64,000 nt of DNA from Paragordius varius. Its lineage: Eukaryota > Animalia > Nematomorpha. The first letter of the stretch is position 1; each line of letters starts with the position of its first letter. The notes beneath the pieces are model-generated. The model ran no database searches. It was not told the DNA's origin and worked only from the letters and a program-made list of their open reading frames with translations. Below, in pieces: positions 38,200-52,136 of the stretch. The stretch is taken from the NCBI GenBank assembly GCA_964247055.1, contig OZ176050.1, positions 8,494,001 through 8,558,000 on the forward strand. Reading direction: 5' to 3'. The translations under genes and the position numbers were made by a program.

Positions 38200-38570
38200 T
38201 AATTTATGAATAACTTATTTGACACCATTCGCTCCTGTATATTACCATGTTAATTTAATGTAAATAAATAAAACTTACAATCATCCATTTTGAATATTTA
38301 GGTATGAATAGTAAAATTTTTTGAAGTGTAGATTTTGCATGTTGAATTATCTAATCTTGAATATTTTAACAGAATTAGGAGAAGTTAGAATATTATTACA
38401 AAATTTCAAACATTTTGCATAATAAAGTGGTATTTATCTCTAGTAGTAATTTCATGAGATTTAAATATTAATTTAATGTATAGGAGAAATATTGCAGCTT
38501 AGGTCATATTTAAAGGTTATAAAAGATATAACTAAAAAAGGATTGAGTTAATAATGTCACAATGGTTTAT

Positions 38571-38616
<46 letters not shown>

Positions 38617-40925
38617 TTTAATAGTTTGTTGATATCATATCATAAAAGAAAATGTTTTGTGAGTTATTAGAAATTCTTTGAAACTATGTGCGCGATATTG
38701 GGATAACAATATATGAAACTACATGAAGGGATCATACGAAGTAATATAACAGTTATAATTGCCTGAATATATTGTGATCGAAAATAAATGCATGAGTAAA
38801 AATTTAACCAAAATGTATATAAAAAAATAGCCACACATTAAATTAGGTCTAAAATCGTCAAAAAAAACCATTTAGAACATTTTTGAATAAGATGGCAAAT
38901 CTACTACTGTGTAATGTATAACAACTAATTTATTTATTTTTTTATTTATGAGTGAGTCAGGATGGATGCCTAAATTTTCCTCCATTAATCTTTTCTATAA
39001 AATAATTTACAATTACATAAGATATTATGTAAAAGCATCTTTTTTATCATTATTTTTGTGTTACTATTTGTATAAAACTATCTAAAATCATTCTTATGCA
39101 CACACAATACTATGTATGAAACACAGAAAGGCAAAGGCAACCAACAAAGGAAAATAAACTACAAAGAAATGTCTGAGAGACATAACATAACACACACAAA
39201 GAGAAATTGATATGCACATACACACACAAAAGGGGAAAAAAAAGCATTTTGCAATTGAAAAATTGCTTTGATCTTTATATATTTGGTTATACTAGCATAT
39301 TAACCATAGTCTCTGTACTCAGAATTGGTAATTTCTAATAGTATAAGTTCAGTTGAGTTCACATAACCATTACATTATTTTAAAAAAATGGGCAGAATAA
39401 AACCCTCCCCAAAAGATTTGCTCAATTTCAGCTAGACTTATTCACATTTCCTGTCAATTTAATAGCTTTATATGGGAAACTTTAGCACTGAATGTTTGCT
39501 ATATAAATACTAAATAAAATGAATTACAAATAATTTAAGTTCTTTAAGATTGCATTCATTAATCATTGGGAGCGCCGTGCCGATGTAATGCGCTCTCATA
39601 TTTCAAAAAAAATATTATTACATAATATGCCGACAATCGCATATAAAACGAAAGAGTTATTGCGTTTCGCTTTTTTGCTTCAATTACAATTATTATTAAT
39701 ATTATGTATTGTGCCTTTTTCATTTGTTTATGCTTTTTTAAAAATATCTTTTTAGAAATTACCATAATTTTTTTTCTTTGATGTTTGGTTATTTATAAAG
39801 CAGACACACATATACACAAAAGAAATGATATATAGCTTATTTTCTTACTGAAATTGTAATATGTATGTACTCTGTTCTCCTCCCCCTTCTTTAAAAAATT
39901 TGCAATTTTTAGCTATAAATTTATGTGATAATAAATTATTTTAGATGTCCAGACTATACCAAATATTTTTTAGGAAAAATATATTTATCGTTACATGAAA
40001 GTAGTAAATTACGCCTAGATTGTAAAACTGTAAAAAAATGTTTTAAAGGGCTAACATTTTTTGAACATTGATTTACAACTATATGGCAATTAGCTTGTTA
40101 AATAATCACAAAACGATATTAAGGCGTGACACTAAATGCACTCTTGCCAATTAGTAGATATTTCTCTCTTTCACATAAACGCCAATTAACTATCTATTTA
40201 AGAACAAGAGTTAGGATGTAAATAATAAAGGGAACAAGTATTATTGGTTATAAGGATTTTTAATTGGCAAATATAGAAAAACAAATATGGTTGTATGTGA
40301 GAAATTAAATTTTTTTGTATTTTTGGGCTTTTTCATTATCGCAATATGTGATAATTCTAGGACTTAAAAAAATAATCTGAATATAAAATACCCCAAAAAG
40401 TCGTTTAGGTATATTATTTGGCCATAAGGGGTTTATGTCTATGGACATGTATAAGATTTTTAATTATTATTAGTTAAATTTTTTAAAATTGTTAGGTGTT
40501 CCATATATTCTTTGTGTACTTAAATAAAAAAGGAAGCTAGAAATGGGTCTCAAAAGAGTCATGTATAATAAATTATAATTAAGAATTCTTTACCCTACAG
40601 TTTTCGACTCAAGAGCAACTTTTATATAAAATATTTGAATGTATCAAATATATTGAGTAAAAGATTTAAGGCCTTTTATGTACATTATCCAGAATATATT
40701 TTTCAAAAATATCATATTTAACTTTAATACGCCAATTTATTTTCTGTTTTTATTAAAGCTATAAAAGACAAGCATTTTTTGTAAGAAAGCAGCAAATTTT
40801 CATTAATAATTATTTAAATATCCGATGTGAGTTATAATTTAAGAATCCTCGACACAAATTTCGCGGGCCGTATTTTTAGCGTAAAAAATCGGTGGGCCGC
40901 AAAAAATATCATATGGGAATATATA

Positions 40926-43900
40926 CACTGTGTGCAAAAGAAAAAGTTTTCAACAAGAAATATTTTTTCATGAGAGAGCTTATGACTAGTGAATTCATTT
41001 GCCCCTAAAATTTTAATTTGTTGACTAGTTTTTGAAATAATAAGAAAAAATCGAAATCAGCAAAAAGTGAAAATTAAGGATAATTAAAAAAGTAATGATA
41101 AAAGTTGAGATATTATGGTTTTTTGTCATTTTAGGAGATATTTTATATATATAATTAGCCTAAAATCATATAAATAGGGTTTCTATAAAATCTCAGATCA
41201 AAAGATGGCGTTTTTAACACACTTAATAGTCAAAAAATTTAATGAAAATACATTAAAAAAATTTTTTAATTATTTCCTAGCTAAACTCACTATTAAAATC
41301 TTAACATTCATATTTTCAGTGAAAAAATTTATATATCAAAATAAAACTAAAAAATATCGCTTTTTATTTTTTCATTTTTTTATCATCTGGTTTATGACGG
41401 TATAAAAAATGTATATTGTTTTATTTTGGAATTTCACACGAGCGAGAATTATAAAGTATATAAATTAATACAAAATAAGATTTACAAATAGTGGAAAATC
41501 AACCATAAATCCCCACAGATCCCAGTAAAAATATTAATTTGTGTAAAAACAAACCTTTCACAGTGATTTGTAAGGAATGTTAGTTGATATTCCACTACTT
41601 TTAAATCCTATTTCGCATAAATTATATATATATGACTCCCGTTCATGTAAGATTCCAAAATAAAACAGTATAAATTATTTATACACTCATAAACTAGATG
41701 ACAAAAAAATGAAAAAGTAAAAAACAATATTTTTTAGTTTTATTTTAATATGAAGTTTTTTAATGAATAAAATATGAATGTTAAAATTTTAATAGTGAGT
41801 TGAGCTAGTAAATAATTTTTAATATAGTTCCATAAAATTTTTTTTGACTTTTACGTGTGTTAAAAGAAAAACGCCATCTTTTATACTGAGATTTTATAGA
41901 AATACTAGCTGGCCCTGTCAGGCTTCGCTGTGACCCAGTCTCTCCGATAATTATTCTTAATAATTTCCAATAAATAGAGGTAATAGAGATAAAAAATAAA
42001 AAACATATCTAATAAAAAGAATGTCTTTTTTTGTTTTACGGGTTTTTGCATAGGCTCAAATATTGTCTCGAAATATACCATATTTAAACTGTCCCTTATT
42101 AAAGTTAATATTCAACGATAATTGGATTTATTTTAAATGTTTGTTTTACGAAATCATGGTTAAAAGTTTTTTTTTGAAATTGTGTTCACACAGCTGATCA
42201 AGGGATATAAAAAGTAAATTATTTGTGGTCCTTTTTCAAAAGAAAGAATGATATTATACAAATTCCCCAGAAATGTGTTAAACTGAACTTGTATGGCTTC
42301 TTAAGTTTTCGGATTAGCTCCAAAACCACGCCATTTTTGTATGGCGTTATGGAAAAAGCGCTGAGTTAAATTCTTTGCCTTTATAAGGCAAATTGGAATC
42401 ATGATACCATCGTCTCATGGGTTATTTGGGTATTCGAAAAATACCTCAACTCTAAATAATCGTTATATGATAGCGTATTTTTGGGCATAAAGGCCCCATT
42501 AACGACTAATAAAAAAAACGCCTGACATTATTTTTACCTACTTAGGGGTAATATTTCAAGCCTTGAATGAGCTCATATGGCTTCATAAATATTCTGTAAA
42601 TTAGCTCCAAATCTATATATTGGCGCAGTTTTTGGCGGGTAGCTCCTTGGCCAGGGGCAGGTAGAAAAAAAGCATTGGGCAAAATTTTTGCCTTTATATG
42701 GGGAATATCTGGAATTATCACAGATTTCATATGTTCCTATTAGTCTCATAGATTTTCTTAAATTTGGCTCCAAAGGCATCCTGTATCGATATGATGCCGC
42801 AGTTTTGCGCGGGTAGCCCCCTGACCAGGGGAAAAAACGCTCGATTATAATTTTTGCCATTTGGGTAATAGCTGGAATCATGATTGATTCCATATGCTCT
42901 AGTGGGATTTTCGAAAAATTGCCTCAAAGCTAATAAGTCATTCTATGCTGGCGCATTTCCAGTGCAAGGGCCTAATTAAGGGGCGATTTAAACCTCTCTA
43001 CTTAAATTTCTGCTTTTGTACTTATAATAATTCAAGGCCTTATTGAACTCATATGGCCTTAATGTTTGCTAAAATTTGCCTCCAAAGTCACGCTGTATCG
43101 ATATGATGGCGCAGTAATAGGCGGGTAGCCCCCTACCCAGAGGCCAATATAAAGAAAAGTTCGATAAGAATTTTTGCCTTTATAGGGGAATACCTAAAAT
43201 CATCCCTCATTCCATATGTTCTTAATAGTTTTTGGAAGAATGGCTTCAAAACTAAATATTAGTTAAATGATAGCGCATTTTTAGGGCGTAAAGGGCCTAA
43301 TTGACGGCTAATTTGAAAAAACCGCTCGACTTAAATTTTTGCCTTTTTACGGGTAATATCAGGCCCTTATTAAACTTATGTGACCTGATAAATTTTCTGA
43401 AAATTAACTCCTAAACAACGCAATTTTGATATGGTGGCGCAGGTTTAGGCGGGTAGCTCCCTACCCAGAGGCTGATACAAAAAAGCGATTGATTAAAATT
43501 TTTGCCTTTTTACAAAGAACACCTGGAATCATGATTGATTCCATATGCTCTCATTAATTTTCGAAAAAATTGCCTCGTAAAAAATCATTTTATGGTGGCG
43601 CATTTCAGTGCGTGAAGAGCCTGGCTTATTTTTAAAAACCACACGACCTAAATTTTTGCCTTGTTACAGGTAATATTTTAAGCAGCTATTGAACCCATAT
43701 GGCCTGATAGGGTTATTGAAATTTATCCCCAAAGGCACGCTATTTCGATATGACGGGCCAGTTTTTACCGGGTATCTCCTTACCCGGCAGCCAATATAAA
43801 AGAAACTCTAGACTAAAACTTTTGCCTTTTAACAGGTAAATACCTGGAATCCTCATTGAAACGGTCTCATATCTTGGGCGAAAAATAGAATTAAAAAATT

Positions 43901-44522
43901 ATTTTTGTGGACTTGGTTTTTTTGAAAAAAATGGTATTTTACGGGGGGAGCGGGTAAAAATAGGGCTTAAATTAAAAAAGCGAGCCGACTTTCTGCCAAC
44001 CGAAAATAATTGGAAAAAATCATATTTGAAATCGAATGGTAAAACACGTTTTCCGGAAATTGTCTCAAAGACATGATTTTTGTGGACTTCTGTTTTCAAA
44101 AAAACCGTTTTTTACACGGGGTGGGCCCGAACTGGGGCCTAATTCAAAAAAAGGACGAAGCTATTGTCGGGGCATTCATTAATTACTATATCTTTTCGAC
44201 ATTTGGATTTGAATGGGTATACCGGTTTTCCGGAAGCCAATCACAAAGCCACCACTTTCCATTTTTATAAATATATAGATATTTATATATTGAAAATATC
44301 TCCTAAAATGATAATAAACCATAATATCTCAACTTTTATCATCATTTTTGGAATTATTCTTAATTATCCTTAATTTTCACTTTTTGGCCGTTTTCGATTT
44401 TCTCTTAATATTTCAAAAATTAGGTCGTCAAAAAATTAAAATATATACGGCAAATGAATATGCTGGTCATAAGCTATCTCATGAAAAAAATATTTTGTTA
44501 AAAAAATTTTTTGCACACAGTG
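40926..44522. mobile_element. Nearly fully palindromic TIR element (CACTGTGTGC ends) with a Helitron-like insertion in its right arm
   Basis: TA flanks. Left arm 40926-~41460 mirrors 41620-41902 plus 44281-44522. A shorter relative lies at ~46445-46900. Confidence 0.8.
41903..44280 (+). mobile_element. Non-autonomous rolling-circle (Helitron/Helentron-like, Lep1/DINE-1 style) element with internal ~160-bp tandem array
   Basis: 5' TACTAGCTGGCCCTGTCAGGCTTCGCTG; 3' CCACTTTCCATTTTTATAAATATATAGAT; no TSD seen; ~10 diverged units at 42350-43850. Class assigned by resemblance of the termini, not by search. Confidence 0.6.
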
Positions 44523-47139
44523 TATGTGTTTTAATGGATATCGACTGTTAAAAAATTAAAACCACGATATATCTATTAATTGATTTAATATTGTTGCTAT
44601 TCAGCTGATAAAATTAAAAAGGATTATTGAGATTTACCTATAAAAAAATGTTTATCTCCCATAAAAAATTGTAACTATTTATTCCTACCGTTATCAGTTA
44701 TATACGGTTTTTAGGCAAAATCCATATTTTTCAACCAATGGCAACATTTTTTCATTTGTTTTAGCTTGAATAAGATAGCGTTTGCTTGAAGTTGTTTTTG
44801 CTCGAAAAAATGTTGCGTTTGGTCCAAAAAATGTTTCTAATACGTGGGAAACTTTTCTTTTTTACGTGGAAGTTTTAACATGTGATGGGGATAAACATAG
44901 TGGTTAGTGCCTCTAACATAGCCAGCGAATTAATATGTATGACATAATTTTCTAAATGATGCTAAACGTTTTCCGGGAAATTCTTATAGACTCGACTTTT
45001 TTTATGAATGCATTTTACAATTAATGTAATAATTACTGGGCTAAATTTTTGCCCCAACGATGTACAAGCTTTTTGAAAATTTACTTCAAATCTACATTAT
45101 TTAAATGGGGGGTGTCTTAAGAGGGCCCCTTCTTAGGGCTTAAATAAAAAAAATATTTTTTATACAAATACTTAAACAGTTATTTAATTCAAATGTCATG
45201 GGTTTTACGAAAATTGCTTTAAACATGTAATTTTTATATATTTAACATTGATTTAAAAAAGTGCTCCACAAAACTTTTGCCTTTATATGGAAAAACATAT
45301 ATTATAGATAAAGCTTCATATAGGCGAAAAATTGCTTCAAAGCTTGCTTTATAAATAAGCGCCATAATTAATTTTGTTTTGTCTTATGAGATTATTAAAA
45401 TTTGATTAAAAATATGTGGCATATTTAATATAGGGTGTCTATGCAATAGTTATCTAAAAAAGCTCTAGACTATTTTTTTTCTTTATACGGGAAATACATA
45501 TTGATTCCATGAATCAAGTTTTTTAGTATATTCGCTTAATCACCTTATTTATAATAATAAAATTTAGAGAGTAACTCGCAGCATTAAGGCGCTCAAATAA
45601 AATTGTTGTATAGTGGGAAATGGTCTCATAACCTTGGCGAAAAATTGGTTTTACGGAGACTCATTTTAAAAAAATGTCAATTTACATGGAAAGCGGCTAA
45701 ATATAGATGACAAAAACTGGGACCGCTATGTTCGGCACATTCTTAAAAAATCAAAAAAATAATATCAAATTTGAATGGGTTTACACGTTTTCCGGCAAAT
45801 TGTCTCAAAGACGGGACTTTAGGAGACTTTTTTTAAAACCCCTATTTGGGTAGGGCTTGACTGGGGAAATTTAAATTGGACCGACTAATATTTTCGACTT
45901 TTGAGATGAGCCACATTTTTCCCGGATTGTTTTAAAGTTAACATTCTTTATTATATTAATATAATAAACACTAGTGCCTGTCATGCGTCACTCTGATATA
46001 GTCTACAATATCATTAGTAAATCGATAAAATGTTTTTGATGTATAATAAGAAATTATTAAAGTCACAAACCGATTTTTATGTTAGGAGGCGTTTTTAACA
46101 TAGGGTGTAGCCCATTCATTTAAAAAAGTTATTGACTAAAACACCTTAATGTTTGCGTATTTTTCAGAGAGTGGAGCCTCAACCAGCAGCTTATTGAAAA
46201 AAGCGCTCTACCAAAATATTTTCCTTCATAAACAGAGCACAAGATTGAGGGGTATAAAAATTTTGATGGATAATGTATCAGTATTATTATGGTACTTTTA
46301 GTTTTGGGACTGAGTGAAGTGATATAAAAAGTTATTACCATTTTGTAGTAACTGCTTCATATCAGAAAATGGCAAAATTTGCGTGCATTTTGCGTTTTTG
46401 GTAAAAGCTATTCTTTAAAAACCAAAATACATCATAAACTATTATACATTGTGTGCAAAAAATTTTTATATTTTTTTTCACCAGATAACTAATATCCAGC
46501 CATTTGCCGCAAATATTTTTATTTAATAATGACCTATTTTTAAAATATTGAGGCAATCGAAATCGGGCTAAAAGTAAAATTAAAGATAATTAATGATAAT
46601 TAAAAAATAATGATAATATTAAATTTCATTGTCATTTTATCAAAATTTATAAATAGCCTAAAATCATATAATCAGGGTTGTTTTAAAACTCAGATCAAAA
46701 AGATTTTATTTTTACATACTTCATGCACAATTATTTAGGTTATATCTCGAGTTTTATCATTATTTTTAATTGTTGTTAATTTTCACTTTTTGCCCATTTT
46801 CAATTTTCTTAATATTTTAAAAACTAGGATATCAATAAATTACTTTTGTGGCAAATGAATTCGCTGGTTATAAGCTATCCCATTAAAAAAATAATTAAAA
46901 AATAATTCTCTATAAAAAGCAAAACAATATTTTCACAAAATTTAAATTTTAAGTGAGCTCCAGAGCCTTAATTTTTCGACACTCTATGAAATGAACATTT
47001 CTTAAAATATACGCAAAATTCCAACATTGCACGATGAACATAACACCCATACAATGATGAGATAATGTTCAGAATTGTCGAAATATATAGGAAAAGTGTT
47101 TTTATAACATCATAAAATGTTTTTTTACCGTTTCCACTT

Positions 47140-47532
47140 CAGTGGCGTATCAAGCATTTGCGGCGCCCGGGGCATAAAACTTTTATGGCGCCCCCCCCCC
47201 CCCCCCCCCCCCCTTTTTTTTAAAAAAGCCAATAAAACAAATCAGTAAAAAAAATACAAACTTTGTAAAGGACCTTAGATAAGACAGCACAGTCATATAA
47301 ATTTTAAATCTATTAAATATATATATTTATATGATACTAAATTTATTCAATGGTACTAATTAGGTGAATAATAGAGTATATATTATAAGGATTTATTGCT
47401 GAAAAATCTCATTTAAAAATTCTTATTATTTTTGCATAATTAAATTTTAATTTTAATAATCATTTAGGCGCCCCTAAATAACGGCGCCCGGGGCATGATG
47501 CACCCCCTTGCCCCCACCTCGGTACGCCCCTG
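47140..47532. mobile_element. hAT-type MITE
   Basis: CAGTGGCGTA / TACGCCCCTG ends; perfect 8-bp TSD TTCCACTT; GGCGCCC motifs and a poly-C tract. Confidence 0.92.
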
Positions 47533-47696
47533 TTCCACTTTGCTTCGAAACATAAAAACTCGTTTCGCCAAAATGCTAATGAAATTATAAGGGAAATATT
47601 TATTTTTCGGAATAATATATTTTATCACGATCGGTATGGAGTTTATTTAATATAACCTGCCCATTTCATATAAAATTTTAAATTTTGTTACACTAA

Positions 47697-48273
47697 CGCT
47701 TGGATACAACGCATTCATTTCAGTCCTTCGATTCAAATTGGAGTAGTTAGATACTGCAGGCTTGTTTGAAATCAAGTATTTTAATAAATATGGAATAAAT
47801 TGAAACCATGGAAAAAGTTTGCACTTAATAACATTAGTGTAACATATAATAAAATATTTATTCATAAATACTTTATATTACCTATTCAAAGGCAAAACCC
47901 AAAGGTAATAATTTAGCCAACATGACATGTGTGCATAAGCTAATTGTAAAAATAATGCAAAATATACCACTTTTTCTGTTTATTTCAGTGTTAAATGTGA
48001 TTTTAATAAAAAAGAAAACTTAATTTTAGCTTTAGAATCGAATAAATACGATATTTTGGAAAATTTATGTGAAATAACAATGGCGTCCAAGTAGTTTGAT
48101 ACGGATTTTTTCTCCAAAACTAAATTTTATTTTGATATTTTGGTTTATTTATATAATTTTTATTAGGATAGAAGCATAAATTTAAATTAAAACCGTTTCT
48201 TTCAGTAGTTTTTTAAAAATATCAATTTAAATATTGTTTGGAATATTTAGATACGCCAATTTGAATCAAAGTG
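47697..48273 (-). mobile_element. piggyBac-like MITE (minus orientation)
   Basis: Reverse-complement copy of 51058-51637; TTAA at 48274-48277. Confidence 0.8.
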
Positions 48274-48295
48274 TTAATATATCTGTATATAGTTT

Positions 48296-50010
48296 ACTAG
48301 CGTAAATCTCGTGCTGCTAAGCAGCCCGAGGAAGTCCTTTGTACTTCTGGGGGGAGGGGAGGGCTATGGGAAAAACGGGACAATAAAATGATCTACATAT
48401 GTGGATTATTTCGAAACATTCTTTAATAGATATGATTTTATAGGAATTTACGGAGCATATATTGTTTAATTGGGGGAAAAATAGATTTAAAAAATTATTT
48501 TTGTGGACTTTTTTTAAAAATGGCATTTTACGGGGGGAGCGGGTAAAAAGAGGGCCTAAATTAAAAAAGCGAGGCGACTATGTTCGGCGCAATCGAAAAT
48601 AAGTAAACAAAAATCATATTTGAAATTGAATGATCCAACACGTTCTCCGGAAAATTGTCTCAAAGACACGATTTTTGTGGACTTCTGTTTTCAAAAAAGA
48701 CCGTTTTTCACACGGGGTGGGCCCGAACTGGGGGCCTATTTCAAAAAACTGGCGAAGCTATTGTCGGGGCATTCATTAATGATTATATTTTTTCGAAGTT
48801 TGGATTTGAATGTCTCTACTGGTATTCCGGTACAAGATCACAAAGCAAGCATTTTCCATTTTTATAAATATATAGATTACCATAAATAATGTATCAATAT
48901 CCATATATCTTTTAACATCCTATGCATGTGATAGATACTCCATACTCAGCAGCTATCATCAAAGAAACGCTTGACTACAATTTTTGCCTTTTAACAATGA
49001 ACGAATCCTTATTGAATTTTTACAGTCTCATACCTTGGACAAAAAAATACAATCAAAAAATTATTTTTGTGGACTTTTTTTAAAAATGGCATTTTACGGG
49101 GGGAGCGGGTAAAAAGAGGGCCTAAATTAAAAAAGCGAGGCGACTATGTTCGGCGCAATCGAAAATAAGTAAACAAAAATCATATTTGAAATTGAATGAT
49201 CCAACACGTTCTCCGGAAAATTGTCTCAAAGACACGATTTTTGTGGACTTCTGTTTTCAAAAAAGAACCCGTTTTTCACACGGGGTGGGCCCGAACTGGG
49301 GGCCTATTTCAAAAAACTGGCGAAGCTATTGTCGGGGCATTCATTAATGATTATATTTTTTCGAAGTTTGGATTTGAATGTCTCTACTGGTATTCCGGTA
49401 CAAGATCACAAAGCAAGCATTTTCCATTTTTATAAATATATAGATTACCATAAATAATGTATCAATATCCATATATCTTTTAACATCCTATGCATGTGAT
49501 AGATACTCCATACTCAGCAGCTATCATCAAAGAAACGCTTGACTACAATTTTTGCCTTTTAACAATGAACGAATCCTTATTGAATTTTTACAGTCTCATA
49601 CCTTGGACAAAAAAATACAATCAAAAAATTATTTTTGTGGACTTTTTTTAAAAATGGCATTTTACGGGGGGAGCGGGTAAAAAGAGGGCCTAAATTAAAA
49701 AAGCGAGACGACTATGTTCGGCGCAATCTAATAAGTAAACAAAAATCATATTTGAAATTGAATGATCCAACACGTTCTCCAGAAAATTGTCTCAAAGACA
49801 CGATTTTTGTGGACTTCTGTTTTCAAAAAAAAACCTGTTTTCACACGGGGTGGGCCCAAACTGGGGGCCTATTTTAAAAAACAGGCGAAGCTATTGTCGG
49901 GGCATTCATTAATGATTATATTTTTTCGAAGTTTGGATTTGAATGGGTCTACCGGTATTCCGGTACCAGATCACAAAGCCAGCATTTTCCATTTTTATAA
50001 ATATATAGAT
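48296..50010 (+). mobile_element. Helitron-like element with tandemly triplicated 3' module (~566-568 bp period)
   Basis: 5' TACTAGCGTAAATCTCGTGCTGC. GTGGAC marker at 48503, 49069, 49637. Each copy ends TTTATAAATATATAGAT (48877, 49445, 50010). Confidence 0.7.
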
Positions 50011-50161
50011 CATTTTAACAATAATTTTTGGAATGGAGCAATTTAGCACAATGTGTGCATATTTTGTCATTTTCTTAGAAACAGTTGCCACAAAAATGGA
50101 AATAACCTTAAATCATTTTTAATAAAACCAAAAGCACCATAATATTCCTGATACTTCTTTC

Positions 50162-50199
<38 letters not shown>

Positions 50200-50537
50200 T
50201 CGGGATATTTTGTGCACTCCGTCTATAAAAATAGCAATAAAGTCTGATTTCATAGGCTTCCCAAAAAATTGTTAAAACTCAATCCGTCATTTACCATTAC
50301 GATGATATTTTTTTAATGGAGAATTTTATAGACGGTAATCTAACGGCTAAAAACCTTAGAGCTAAAACCATTATTGATTTATAATCTGAAAGCTGGACAA
50401 AGTCCTCCGAAAAATTTTTTTGGAGACATGATCTTTTAAAATGTAGTTTTGGAGAAGCGTTAAATAAATTTAAAAAAGTAGGTTGATTATTCAGCTCCTT
50501 CGTAAACAATCATTATCAAATTTACAAACCTCTATTA

Positions 50538-52136
50538 CACTGGACAACAAATTTTGACTTTTTTAAGTGCCATTCTTGTAAATTTAAAATTAATTACATA
50601 AATATTATATCTGAAAAAACATTGGTCTAACACCTATGAAATTTTTATTATCAGGGTTTAACGAATTTTTTATCCGATTTAACATTAATAAATTTCGAAA
50701 ATTAAAAGGTTGTATTATATATTCGAAAGAGCGAGCGCAAAAAACTGAATCTTTCGAATGGTAATTAATCATTAAAATCAATCTAAAGTAAAAGTTATTT
50801 GGGTTATGGTCAAAATTTTTTACCCTTAAATAAGTCAAAAATTTTCGCAGACAAACCTATTTAAAAATATTATTAGATAATTATTGGATTAATATTTAAA
50901 AAATTTTTTCAAAAAGCTTTTGGTTTGCTTTTGTAATAAAAATTATTATTATTATTATCATAATTATTTTACCTAGTGTATAATAAAATGCACATTAAAA
51001 TATATTATATAATGACTATGTAGATGAAAAGACCTAAACCATATTTCTAGTCTTTAACACTTCGATTCAAATTGGGGTATCTAAATACCCCAGACTAAAT
51101 TAAAATTAAAATTTTAAAAAAACTACTAAAGGAAACGGTCCCAATTTGAATTTATGCTTTTATCCTGATAAATATTATATAAATATGCCAAAATATCTTG
51201 ATAAAATTTTGTTTTGAAAAAAAGTCCCATCTCAAACTACTTCGACGCCATTTTTATTTTACAAAAATTTTGCAAAATATTGTCTTCATTTAATTTTAAG
51301 GGTAAAACTAAAGCTTATTTTCTATATAAATTACATCTAACATTGATAGAAATAGAAAAAAGGGTTTATTTTGTATTATTTTTTAATTTTAAAATTTGAC
51401 ACATGTCAGGTTGACTAAATTTTTACCTTTCAGTTTTAGCTCAAAATAAGTAATATCAAGTATTTTTGAATAAATTTTTTTATATATTTCGGTTTATTAA
51501 TGTTATATAAGTGCAAAATTTTGCCATGGTTTCGATTGCTTCCATACTTTTTAAAGTATTTGATTTTAAACAGGCCTGGGGTATCCAACTACCCAATTTG
51601 AATCGAAGGACTAAAATGAGTGTGTTGTATCCAAGTGTTAAAATGATGAAATTATAAGCGTTCTAAAGAAATAATTAATATTCATGTGATGGTAATTTTT
51701 TAAAATAAAAATTAAAAATGACTGTTTTAAACGACATAAAATCAATAAATAAGCGGTTTAGTTAAAAAAAAATTGAGTCTTTTTTCATTCATAACCATCC
51801 ACTAAAAGTTTGAGCTATTTTCATACATTAATAATTAATTAATTAAGAAAACGCATTCGTTTCGCGGGTTTGTCGCTTCCTATGTCCAAAATTTTCTATC
51901 GATGTAATTTAGTATGGATTTTATAGACTTTTCATTACTCTTTTGAATGATATATTACAAATGGGCATTTGTTGTATATTTCCAAAGAAAAATATTTTTT
52001 AGTAAAATTTGGCATAATTATACAAAATCAAATTTAATTTTTTAGGTGGCTTTATAATTATTATTCAGATTTATTATTAAAAAATAGTATCAGAAAATGC
52101 AAACACTCGAATGACAGAAAAATTTGTTGTCTAGTG
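50538..52136. mobile_element. CACTA/CMC-type non-autonomous element, copy 2, hosting a piggyBac-like MITE
   Basis: CACTGGACAAC / GTTGTCTAGTG ends, TTA flanks; homologous to 13077-14156. Confidence 0.7.
51058..51637 (+). mobile_element. piggyBac-like MITE, 580 bp
   Basis: TTAA on both sides; CACTT..AAGTG ends; internal inverted repeat CGATTCAAATTGGG adjacent to the left end but ~27 nt inside the right end. Confidence 0.85.
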
